Of a DNA stretch of 64,000 bases, positions 1 to 11,100 are shown piece after piece. The translations under genes were made by a program, and so were the position numbers. The stretch comes from Phoronis australis (Eukaryota; Animalia; Phoronida): contig NMRA01000019.1 of NCBI GenBank assembly GCA_002633005.1, forward strand, positions 1,065,942-1,129,941, given 5' to 3'. Every line of letters starts with the position of its first letter. Position 1 is the first letter of the stretch. The notes under the pieces are model-generated. The model saw only the letters and a program-made list of their open reading frames with translations, made no database searches and was not told where the DNA came from.

Positions 1-728
1 AACACGTTATTTCGGCTTCGCTTGTGAACAAGACCAGGATTTGGCTACTAAAACTGCGATAACAAAACCATTCTTTTGAAGAATAAATTTGTTGCATAGT
101 ACAATAGGCAGCGGTAGAATTTTGACCTTGTAAGTGTCAACTTCAACAGCTCAGCTATTTTTAAATGAGCTGCAGAGGTTGCCAACAAGACGCCCGGTGA
201 CTACTGGCACTAGTGAACAGACTAACTACCGTGGACTCAAGTGGACATTTTCGCCTCTATCAAGCACTATTTTTGTAACAAGTGTGAAGCAGACTAATCC
301 TAATACAAAGTTGTGTACAGAAATGCACTGGCTTGTACATGCTCAATGTCCATGACAGGCCGCTGGCATGGGCTGCTGGCATGGGCTGCAAAGAGTGAGT
401 GCACGCACGCGCACTCGTGCACGTACCTTTGCTCTCGCCCAACTGGTCGAGAGCTATATGGTGCATGCACGTGCATACTGTTTTCAAATACAGGCAGATT
501 TTTATGTTACAAGATCCGAAAAAGGATGCAAAAATGACGCTTATTGTGTTGATTTTCACTTAAATGACTGTAACAGGTAAGATGAATGTTGGTTAACTCT
601 CAGATTTTGCATGCACCACCTCTGGCCGCTACTTCTACAAGAGATGCTAGCAGAACAACATGGGTGGTGTGAAATTTTAATGGCTTTATATATTTACCCT
701 AATTGTATTTTGACGCCTGAGTCTTCAT

Positions 729-1189
729 GCTGTGTGTGAACTTGGAATTCGCATAATCTCAAGATCGCGTATGCGTGAACTTAGAATAAATACTCACTAT
801 TTAAAGTAATCAGGTGAAAAGTTGTGTTCACTGAAGAGAATTTTTTAGCCCCCAGATTACTCATTTTCTCCTTTACCAGAACTTGCGTCACAGAATTGGA
901 GGTATATAATTATGTGAATTCAATTACTGTTCGGCAATAGTTGAAAAAAACAATAAGGTATAAAAGTCAAGTAAACGGGTCCCTCTTCAAAATGGCTATC
1001 GGGAACCAGTTTCACTGAATAACGGCAATACCCAATAAAGGATGGTTAAAATTTACATAATTTCATCAATGTCATGTGATTTGTTTTACAGTGCAGTGTA
1101 CTGAGTGCACATTTTTTAATGTCACACTTGATTATTTGAGAAAACGTCTCAAGATTTCTAGACTAGAGTATTCCAAGTTCAAGCACAGC
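729..1189. mobile_element. MITE-like element in mitoferrin intron 1
   Basis: 20-bp inverted repeats GCTGTGTGTGAACTTGGAAT (729-748) / ATTCCAAGTTCAAGCACAGC (1170-1189), 18/20 match. No TSD resolved. Confidence 0.5.
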
Positions 1190-1366
1190 ACAAACCAGCT
1201 AAACTCAGATACTAGGTACAGTAGCAGTAGTTAGTACTACTAGTAGTACATTTGTAGCTAAGCCTCATGCCAAGTCAGCATGCAAGACACGTCCAGAGGA
1301 AGACAACTCGTACTTAATCACCAAATAGGAGGAAATCAGCTGACGTTAATTCTGTCACAAACTCAC

Positions 1367-1516
1367 TTTCACGCAGTCCACGGGATACATAACACAGTGT
1401 TCCATGACTCCAGCAAAAGCCCCGGCGACCATGTGAGTGGTCCATGTCGTTGACGGAGGGAGGCTTTCATAGTCATCGATGTCCATATTCTTAAACACAA
1501 GCTCGTCGTCAGCCAT
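1367..1516 (-). CDS. SLC25A37: Mitoferrin (mitochondrial iron carrier, SLC25A37/SLC25A28 family), first coding exon; gene continues beyond the left edge
   Basis: Reverse strand reads [50 protein letters not shown] (150 nt), then a GTGAGT donor at 1366-1361. DYESLP...[18 protein letters not shown] is the mitoferrin N-terminal signature. Missing from the ORF track. The vertebrate paralog name is arbitrary for an invertebrate. Confidence 0.92.
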
Positions 1517-2185
1517 CGGAAAGGCTATTTTATAAATATCATAGAAATATAAACCAATTAGAGGATGTTAGCAGCTGCCATCGCCGATGGCAGCAGTCTT
1601 GTCCATCGAAGTCCACGATTTCACCATCACTTTGCTCTACTGCTGCTCCATTTTTATGACGTAGGACATGAACCCGCGGGAGATTCCTCGTGTCGGCTTG
1701 CTCTGGCTATGGGGGTGGCAGGTCTGGAATTATTAAAAAGAAATCTTTGTTGAGAACTATGGAGGAAGAAAAGAAAAAGGTGCACTATTTTTATAAAATA
1801 TTTTGTTTAATTACGTCATCGACTGTGATACACTTGACGAATGATCGATGACACTCAGGACTGAGCCAGAGATTTTGATTTTCTGACCCCTTACATTTTT
1901 GTTTCAACTCCGCTAGAGACCCCTAAACGTAAACCCATGTGATAAATAGTTAATTATTCAAGCAATTCAATTGTGGTTCAAAAAGGATTCACAAACAATG
2001 GCGTGGTAAAATAAAAGTAATTTTAATCCATAGGTGGAAGTTTCTTTGGGAGATAGAGTTATTTTTGTCTTTGAAGATCCACGTTTTAGAGGCAACTTAA
2101 AATGGCGACCTCCTTGAACTAGTTCTGTGTGTAGCACAGGCACTGTCTCTGTGTAGTGATACATTTGATTCTATGTCTGGTTGCA
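1517..2185. promoter_or_regulatory. Putative bidirectional promoter, mitoferrin (-) / BOD1L (+)
   Basis: About 670 bp between divergent ATGs; YY1-type AAAATGGCG at 2099-2107 and CRE-like TTACGTCA at 1811-1818. TSSs are not determinable from sequence. Confidence 0.6.
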
Positions 2186-5100
2186 ATGAATAACGCCCAC
2201 TTACCTCCTGGTGACCCTCTCCTAGTTACTGAAATCGTCAACAAAGTGAAAGCGGAGGGCCTGTTTGATAAGTTCAGGAAAGACTGTTTGGCGGATGTTG
2301 ATACAAAGGTGTGTTATTGTGTGTTGTAACTAATACTAGTAATGCTGTACTGTTGTTCCAGAATTGTCATCACCTAATAGGTCAGTCTTCTCAACAGGAG
2401 GAAGCTCCTGTCTAAATGTCCACGTCCATAGCACTGCAGTTACCCTCCTAGGCAATTTTATCGCCGTGTACGCCACAAGCATACACTCGTACAGGGGCAA
2501 TAGTGAATAGTAGTTAGTACACCCCCAAGTGGCACTAGTCGGTGACCCTGATTTGGAGAACCAGGCAATCACTACATAACGACCCCATTATTTAGTGGAT
2601 GAAACTGGTTCTCTAAATCAGGCTCCATATTATCCAACCAGTGCCAAGAAAGTTACTCTTCTCAAAATACATCAAATAACATACAATGAAACATGCACAA
2701 TACACACATTTAGTAACACTTATCGTGACTCTGGAGACTATTTAGTAAACATAATTTAAACATATCCATGAAAATCTGTTGCAGTTCAAGAAAGCTTCCT
2801 CACCGGGTGCCATTTGGAGATAGTTATGCGAAAATCGCTCCTGATGACAAACAAAAAATCCAAGACGCACAAATCTTGAAAATTCCACCGGGTATCTTCC
2901 CGTGCTACCTTTTCCAAGTGTCACGCACCAGGTCACGCACTTCAATCAATCTTGCGCTTGTCCTTGTCTAAGTTTCGTGATGTCAGTTGAAATACTAAGT
3001 GGTTGACAAGAAGTGACGGTGACCTAAAAAGTGGAGTTGGAATTCTTTGACAATGTTATCTTAATTCCCGTACACATGCTTCGTCAAGGATTATTGTAGA
3101 ATCAGAAACGATAGCTGGAGATAGTAAGTGCTTTTTAAGCGGTAATTTTAAGAATAAAATGTATTTTTGGCGAGGTGAAAACCTCTTATTTGGTGTCTGG
3201 ATTTAGCCTACCGCCCATTTAAAATACAGAAGGTGACGGGGAATATTGTAGCCACTGTGTGATGGGAATATTGTTGCCCTTATATAGCCAGCCAAGGAGC
3301 TATGTGCTGCCTAGTACCTTCTGAGTGCAAAAGTACATCCTTCCAACTCGAACAAATACTAAAAAATAAGTATTAAAATAGGTAATGAAGACTTGTATTT
3401 TCTACTTTCTCAAGTTGCATACTACGTAATACTAGTGCTGAGCTGCATATCTGTTCTCAGTGTGAAGACGACCTTTGATGATGGTGACTGACTACTATGG
3501 TGCCTCCTAGTTGTAGTTTTGTGCCCATAGTTTTATCTCCTAAACCCACTAGGGGATCTTTAGGGCTGTTCCAGTAAAATTCGTGTGGGAGGGGGGGGGG
3601 AACGGCAGTAGAAATAAAAATTCATGGGTGGTGGTCTTCAGAAAAAAACTCAAATTATGGGTGGTCGTTCCTGTAAGAAGTGATGCATTACAAATGGGTG
3701 GTATTTTTTGACCTGTTAATGTTGACAGGTTCATTACTTCAGCCAGCAAAACTCAAAAAAATGCAATTGACATATAAATAAATTATCCTAACTTATCCCA
3801 ATACAAAAAAGCCCATATTGCCAGTGAACGAAGTGCAATATGTTCACTAAGCCATTAATCAAGTCATGGGCAACTTGATTTGAGCCAACTGTTTGTCTGC
3901 AACACTAAACTGGTGTTAACACATATAAGAAAATTGATGATTTTTAAATAAAAAGTATGAGGAGTAAGATAAACAAGTTCCAATATTCACTTGACATAGA
4001 AGTATAAAAGAGTTTGTGGAGACAGTTTGAGATTCATAGATCCTTATAATTGAAAAAATGTTCATTGAAATTATATACACATGGTGAACAGAGACACCTG
4101 GTGGCTGCCAAAAGTATTGCTCACAGACTACTTTAGTTTTTGACAATATTGCACAAGACAACTAGTTCTTGTCTGTCAATCATCTAAGTTCTTAACTGGT
4201 CCTCCTGGAGGCAATTTTTTTGCAAGTGTTGGATTTTATATTTTAACCTATTAAAAATAATTAAAAAATTATGGGTCATGGGTTGGAGAAATAAATGAAA
4301 AATATGGGCGGTGGGTACGAAATAAAAGTGCCTTCCCCCCTTCCATACAGATTTTGCTGGAACAGCCCTTACTAAATTTAGTAAGTGTATTTATATGAAG
4401 ATAACAACAGATGATGACGACTTTCAGGCGGATCCAACGGACACTGTGCTCACTAAAGGGAATTTCATTTTATTCTGTTTTCCTTTGTTTCTCTGAAGTT
4501 CCTTGACAGATTTTTATGAAATATGGCATGTTCCTGTTTTTGGATCCACTGTACCAAAAAATTGCATTAAATTTGTTGATCATGGAAACATGGGTAAAAA
4601 CGTCAAAATTATCTGGTTTTAGTGCTTGGTAAGGAAATTATAAGCAAAAATAGAATTTTGCATAATTGTGACCTTAATTGCATATTTTAAAAAATGCTTA
4701 AGGGTTGCGAACGGTCACCCCCTAAAACATGATTAACTATTAATGCCTAGGGTACATAAAACAGCAAAGAAAAAAGCTTTATCCGGCAAATCCACGTTAA
4801 GTAAAAAAACAGCATTTGGCTCCCGGACTAGCTCTCAGTAATACAGAAGCAATGTTTGAACTCTCATTGGGTGCCAACATTTGTAGGCTGCACAGTTTCA
4901 GCTGTTTGGAAATGGCTGTTTTTTAGACTGTGGACTTCAATTATATAATTACGGAAGCATTTACATTGGGGAACTTACTATTAACCTGAGATCCACGGTC
5001 CCCCCTTTTCTCTCTCTTGCGCCTCCCCCTGGCTATATTGTAGGAATCGTGGCGCTGTTAAAAAACCCACGAAGTCGCAAATTAAATGGTGAAAAACGTT

Positions 5101-8100
5101 ATACAGGACAATACCTCTTCCATCTCAGGCACATTTGAGGTGGTCTGTTCTGAGTTCTGACTTGTTTAATTTTGGTGATTTCGCTGTTCGTCCGGTAAAC
5201 TTTTCTGTGTTGTCATTGATTTCATGTGATGTCACGATTATTGAATGAAAACCTCTTCTGACTTTTCATGTTTTCATCTCCTAATTAATGAAATTCCATT
5301 GCTTTCCAGCCAGCTTATTTGAACCTGAAGGAAAGAGTAGAGAAATACGTATCTCGCTTCCTGTCCACACAGAAATGGACACCATCACTAAACAAGAAGC
5401 AGCTGAGAGAGGACTTGAGGAAGCAGATAAACCAGTATGAACATTACTGTTTTGCTTTTAATTGCTAAACTCAAGAAAATGCACTTATATGTGTTATAAA
5501 CAGGAGACAGGGGCCTTGATGCCTCAATATTTTGGTGCCAAAACTCGCCCCTATTCCTTCATGAAAAATATTTAAAATTCACACACAAATCCCATCATCA
5601 GGCTCAAAAACTTCCTTCCCATGATTTAAAAATTCTGCTCAAGGTTAGAATTACTTCCTTCAACATGTTATTTCTGGCTACCTTAGGCATTGCCATCGAG
5701 GGTTGGCAACTGGCATGGTGGTTGTGACTGGGGCAGAGTAATCTCTTCTCAACCAAAAAAGTCCCTTATGGTGTTGGGCAAAATGGCGCTGTGACGGCCA
5801 TTTTTAGATTAATTGTTTGCGGAGCTGTAGCTCCAAGGTCTTTTAACGTAATACTATTCATTTGAAGTTTGGTAGATATATCTCCTCAACTGCTATCATA
5901 AAGTTTGTCATTGGTTCTTCAAACTGTTCTCAAGTTATTTGAGATTTTCTGATTTGTTGACTGCTGTTTTATTGACAGGCTCATCAATGCACTCTTGTTG
6001 GTTTATTATTCACTTTACCTCATTGTCATGGACATCGTGATCATTGATGTGCTTGGTTTCGTCATGATCCTCACCTCTAATCAATTTATCATGTGATTCC
6101 GACTAGCGTCGTTCCTCAGAGCACTGTCCTCTTCCACTAGTTATTTCTTTGCCCTCACCGCATAATGTTTGACTGTAAGCCTTATGTGGATTCCATTTGT
6201 TTTAAGAAAAACATTTAAAATGTTACAAAAGTTTTTTGACTAAATCTCTATGTTTTTATGCATAAATGTTGAGGCAAAACCAGATGACTCTGATGACAAG
6301 ATGTTGCTACTTCTGGAAATTGTTTAGTATAGACATTTTTCATGTGGCATTATATTCTATTCTCTTCTGTAATCGCTTTTGGTTTCTTTACCTTTTGTGT
6401 ACATTTTACTTTGTAATCATGGTGATTGCATTTTGCTTGTGTTTAGGTCTGGTATGCTGGCCAAAGGAGTGGAGCGGATTGTGGATCAGGTGGTGGAGCC
6501 CAAGATCAACAGTACCATTAGACCTGAGGTGGAGAAGGTGGTATCACAGCATCTGGGCATTAACCATGACGACCGTCTCAAGAGGCTCAAGATACGGGCC
6601 GAGGAGGCACAGAAACGATTGGGTAGAGCTTTAATCCAGGGTTTAAGTTTAGCGCAATCTGAGGTTCAAATTGCCTAATCATACGGGTTTGTTGATTTTG
6701 CTTGATGTGTACTTGGAAGCAGAAAACAGAAAAGGCTACAGTTTATTTCTATCATTTCTTTATAATGATGTCTGTTAAAGAACAGAAAAGCAGTTTCCTT
6801 CTTGGTTTTGCTTTAAGCTTTGAAAAATTTGACACGGTTTAAAATTTTTAAATTGAAAATGCCATCTGTTTGGAACATAAAGCTGAATTTACTGTGTATT
6901 TCTTTTCATTGAAAGTCTTGAAAACTCAGGACAAACTTTTAATATTCTTTCTTTGCTTTGCTCCCCATGCCATTATTTTTATTTTCTTTCTCTGCTGCCA
7001 TGTCCCTGCTGTTGATCAATAGTCTGGACTGTTCTCTCTTGGCTTTTCTTTGTAGTTGTTGGCTATTGCGAAAGCAACATCATTTGATCCTTTTCCCACT
7101 TATTATCTCACCTTGTATATCACTTTTGAATTTTAATGAAATGTGCAAAAAGTCAAATTATTTGTAACCCACACAATACAAAACTTTAAACGTAGGCACA
7201 TGGATCACTCTTTTTGTGCACAGTAATGAGTCCGCATAGAAAATGATTACATTTCTCCTTGTTGAAAGATTGCTTTTTGTCATGTGTAATGATTATGTTT
7301 CCTTGACTTGTGTACATTTTGTGCGATATAAGCACACTTGCTTATTCAGTCATGCAACTTCTTCCTGTAGGACATACAATTTAGCAAGCATAATATCTAA
7401 AGTTGGTTTCAGTAACTTGATATTCAGCAAGTGGAACACAAAATTTGCGGATATCAAAAAGGAAACTATCTACGCAGCCAATAAATTGATTGTTGTTTCA
7501 GAATTTCGAAGTCCTGACCGCAGTGGTGATTTCTCACCTCCGGGAATGTACGGTAGAAGACCACCAAGCCTGCTCGACCTGCCCGACACTAGTGTTCCTC
7601 CACCCATCTTTGGAGGCCCTCAACAACATATGTCCCTCATGAATCCTCACATGCCCAGGCTCCCTCTAACTGACATGGCTCCGTTCAACCCGAGCCTTCT
7701 ACCCCTTCCTGGAGGCAATCCCCTTTATCCTCCCAATTTTGGCTTCCCCATGATGAACTTTAGCAACGTGCCACCTGGTATCTCTTCAGCACCCCCAGCA
7801 CCTTTTGACCCCAGTTTCCCTCCCAATACACCTGCTCCTCCCAGCACCTCCACACTTCTCCCATTCCCCCTGCCAACAATGGACCAGCCTACGGATGATG
7901 TTAGCCTAGATTTCGACGCTGAAGAGAAAGCAAAACGAGAGAAGAAAGCCAAGGAAGAGCCTGAAAAGCCCAAAATGGACACTGCGCAGTTGCTTGATAG
8001 TTTGTTGAACATCCCCCTTCCAAAAGTGGACCCTCCGCAAGATTCGCCTGCCAAGCACCTGAAGAAGGACGGTGGTAAGAAAACCACCAAGACAACGGAG

Positions 8101-11100
8101 ACTTCAGAGACTGTCCATGAAGAGGTGGTCACTCTTAAGGATGAAGAGGAACCGCATCAGGAGGTCATTGAAGAACAGATGGAAGTGGAGGAAATCACTC
8201 TTGAAGAGATCCCGCTGCCGGAATCTAGTGTACCTGTTGATGTTGGTGAAGTAGAGCAAAGTGATGGGAAGAAATTGTATCACTTTGCCTGGGATGATAT
8301 TGAGGAACGTCTGTCTGAACTGTCTGTAAGCTCTGTTCACACCAGTGATCTGTCATCATTTGACGACAGCGAGTCAGAGAAGGAACTAGAAGAAGAGGAC
8401 GCTAAGTCTTCGAAGAGTTTATCTCCTTCTGCGGAGAGCGAGTCTGAAGATGAGAAGGGTCACAAGGAATCATCTCAAGGTTTCTTTTTTAATAATATTT
8501 GTTATAAAGGCACTGCAGTTGTGCATTGGATAAATATCACAACTGTTCCTTTGATATCAATTTGGTGTTTTTATTTGAATTGGTGCATTTGGTAGAAATT
8601 TCTAGTTGCTACGCTGCTTTATTAATTTATGTTTAAACTATCTTCAAGTTGTCAGTCTTGCTAGGCATGTTGCAAGAACTATGCGTGACGTTTTATGTGA
8701 ATGAAGCTCTTTAGACAGGACTAACCCCATTTAAATTTCTGTAAGGCGAGTGAATTCATTTGGTGTGTTCTTATTATGGGTTGATTTTAGATTTGTCAGT
8801 TGTGAGTTTTGAACATTTAAAAGGACTGCGAAATCCTGTCACAATTTTTGCGAAATTCCAAGCAGTGCAACAGGTCTTGGTATTTTGCACCTTTATAGAG
8901 TGATCAAGGCAGTTAGCATTTTAATTACCGATTCATGTGCTTCATTTGATGAGTAATTTTGCTCTTCCAATTTCAGAAGAAGAGTCTCAACCAAGCCCTG
9001 TGAGAGCCGACCACAAGGATGACCCGTGTGAAGTTGATAAGAACACTCAAATTGGTCTGGAGTCAGTTGAGGTGGGAGTGAAACCTCGTCGGTTGATCTC
9101 GCTCACGTACAATATCAGCGATAGTGAAAATGATGAGAGTAGGGAAGAGAAAAAGGCCAGAATGGTGAGTTGAGGGTTGTACAGTCAAGTTATGATAAGA
9201 AGGTGTGCCTAATTTGACGGGAGTATATTCCATGCTAGCTACATGCGACAATTACATATTTCATGATAACCCTGATTTTATAAATAATATTTTTATGGCT
9301 TCTACCTGGTGCACGGTGATTGTTAAGATGATACTCGTGGTTATATTTTACAGCCTGAGAGCTGAAGAACTACACAAATCAGTAACAATTATTGTAATTT
9401 CATTGGTCTAAGTTTTGTGGATTCGTGGTTGCCAATGTGTGCTCTGAATTTTTCTTCCTCCTGACCAGTTTTGGGAGGGTGATATCATTGAGATCCAAGC
9501 AGTTGTTACACTGTTAGCCCAGATATTGAAAACTGGCTCAATTCACAATTCAAACCTACATCCTTGCATATGCACGCCTAAGTTCCAACAATGTAGGCTA
9601 ACCAGGAATGTTGCACTTTAAAATCCTGTGAATCTGATACAGAGCATTTAGAGGAGGCAGTGTGGCCTAGTGTGATAGGTGACCACTTCTTTATTCGAGG
9701 TCATGAGTTTGAGTCCCACTGTGTCACACTGCTGAACCCTTGAGTCAGGTTCCAGGTGATCAGTGCAATATGCCCACATTCCTGGTCTGTGCATGTCTGG
9801 TACAACGTGTATCAGATCCCCTGTAATTACTTTTGTTTTTTACAGAGCCTTCATACTGCAATGTATTTGTAGTTACTAATCATAGCATTGTGGTCTGAAT
9901 ATCACTGATAGTGTTTGTCTCAGAAAGTAGATTCTGTTTATTGCAGGCCAGAGAAAAAGAGGACAGATATTTGCGTCGCCAACAGCGACGCGCTGAAATC
10001 GAGGCAAAACGTAAAGAAATAAAATCTCCCATCAAAAAGAAGAGGGAAATGAATAAAGTAGAGACAGAGTCTGACACAGACAAGGATGGTGCAAAATCTT
10101 CAGAGGTTCCTTCCTCAGAACTTACCACTGATGAGTCAGATAGTAAGAAAACTTTGCCAAGGAGAACCAAGCAACAACTGAAGGAGCAGAAAGTTATGGA
10201 AAAACGTATGGCTCTGCGACGTCAGCGAACACGAAACAAACGTTACACGTCGGACGAATTCACGTCAATTTACACAGATAAACATCCCATGTTAAATGAG
10301 GGTTATACTGAGGTGATAGTTGAAGAACAAGTGGTTGAATCCGGAGGGGTGGACGGTAGTGATGCCTATGTTGATCAAGGTGCTGACTTGTATGAAAAGG
10401 AGCCTGGCACCCCTACTCAGGACGAAGTTGTCTACGACCATGATGTCATTGCCACTGATATGACCAACATACCGATATATGAGGTTCCTTTGGCTAATAA
10501 TGGTGCTTCTCTTAGAATTGGACAGTATAACACTCGTTTCTCTGGCAGACGAAAATCTGAGGGCATCAGATCTCGCCCATCAACGCCAGAGGTCTCTCAA
10601 GTTAGCAAAGCTGAAACAGATTTAAGCAAAGGGAAAAAGACGCCAACTGAGGTAAACTATTCTTTGGGTGCAAAATGATGTATGGGCTTTCTTTGGGACT
10701 GCCTCAATATCTACCAAGTTTTTTATGGACCTTCATGTAGTTTGCCGCATGAAGTTCTATTGAAAAAAACATGGCTGGTGCACGTTCAAGTTATGTTGGT
10801 TTTCAAATGGATCTGACTATCATGAATGCATAAAATTAGCACCTGTTAGATCTTAAGTATTTGTGATGCACACAGTGATGCATATTACTGTTCTGCATTG
10901 CTACCCAAACTATCATTCTTCTGGCTTCAACTTGTTGTTTTGCACTAGTCATCTAGTTTGAAAAGAGTATAGGCAAAATTTCGTCGGAGAAATCTATAAA
11001 ACTTTGGGAAAAATGGATTACGTTGTTTTGGTTGGGTTTACTATTAAATTGTTGTCTTTGAGTTTAATAGGCAGTTATCATTTAAGGTAGACATAGTATC

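Noticed and set aside
1517-1900. Canonical iron-responsive element in the mitoferrin 5' UTR
   Set aside because: No CAGUGN-loop hairpin found on the - strand.
7243-8595. 450-aa ORF as a standalone gene (likewise 9911-10678, 14295-14945, 55187-55981 and 56036-57079)
   Set aside because: Each is a single exon plus intron read-through; splice sites place them in BOD1L or MOGS.
9655-9730. tRNA gene
   Set aside because: A/B boxes are present but there are no acceptor or anticodon stems and no Pol III terminator; it runs into a SINE-like body.
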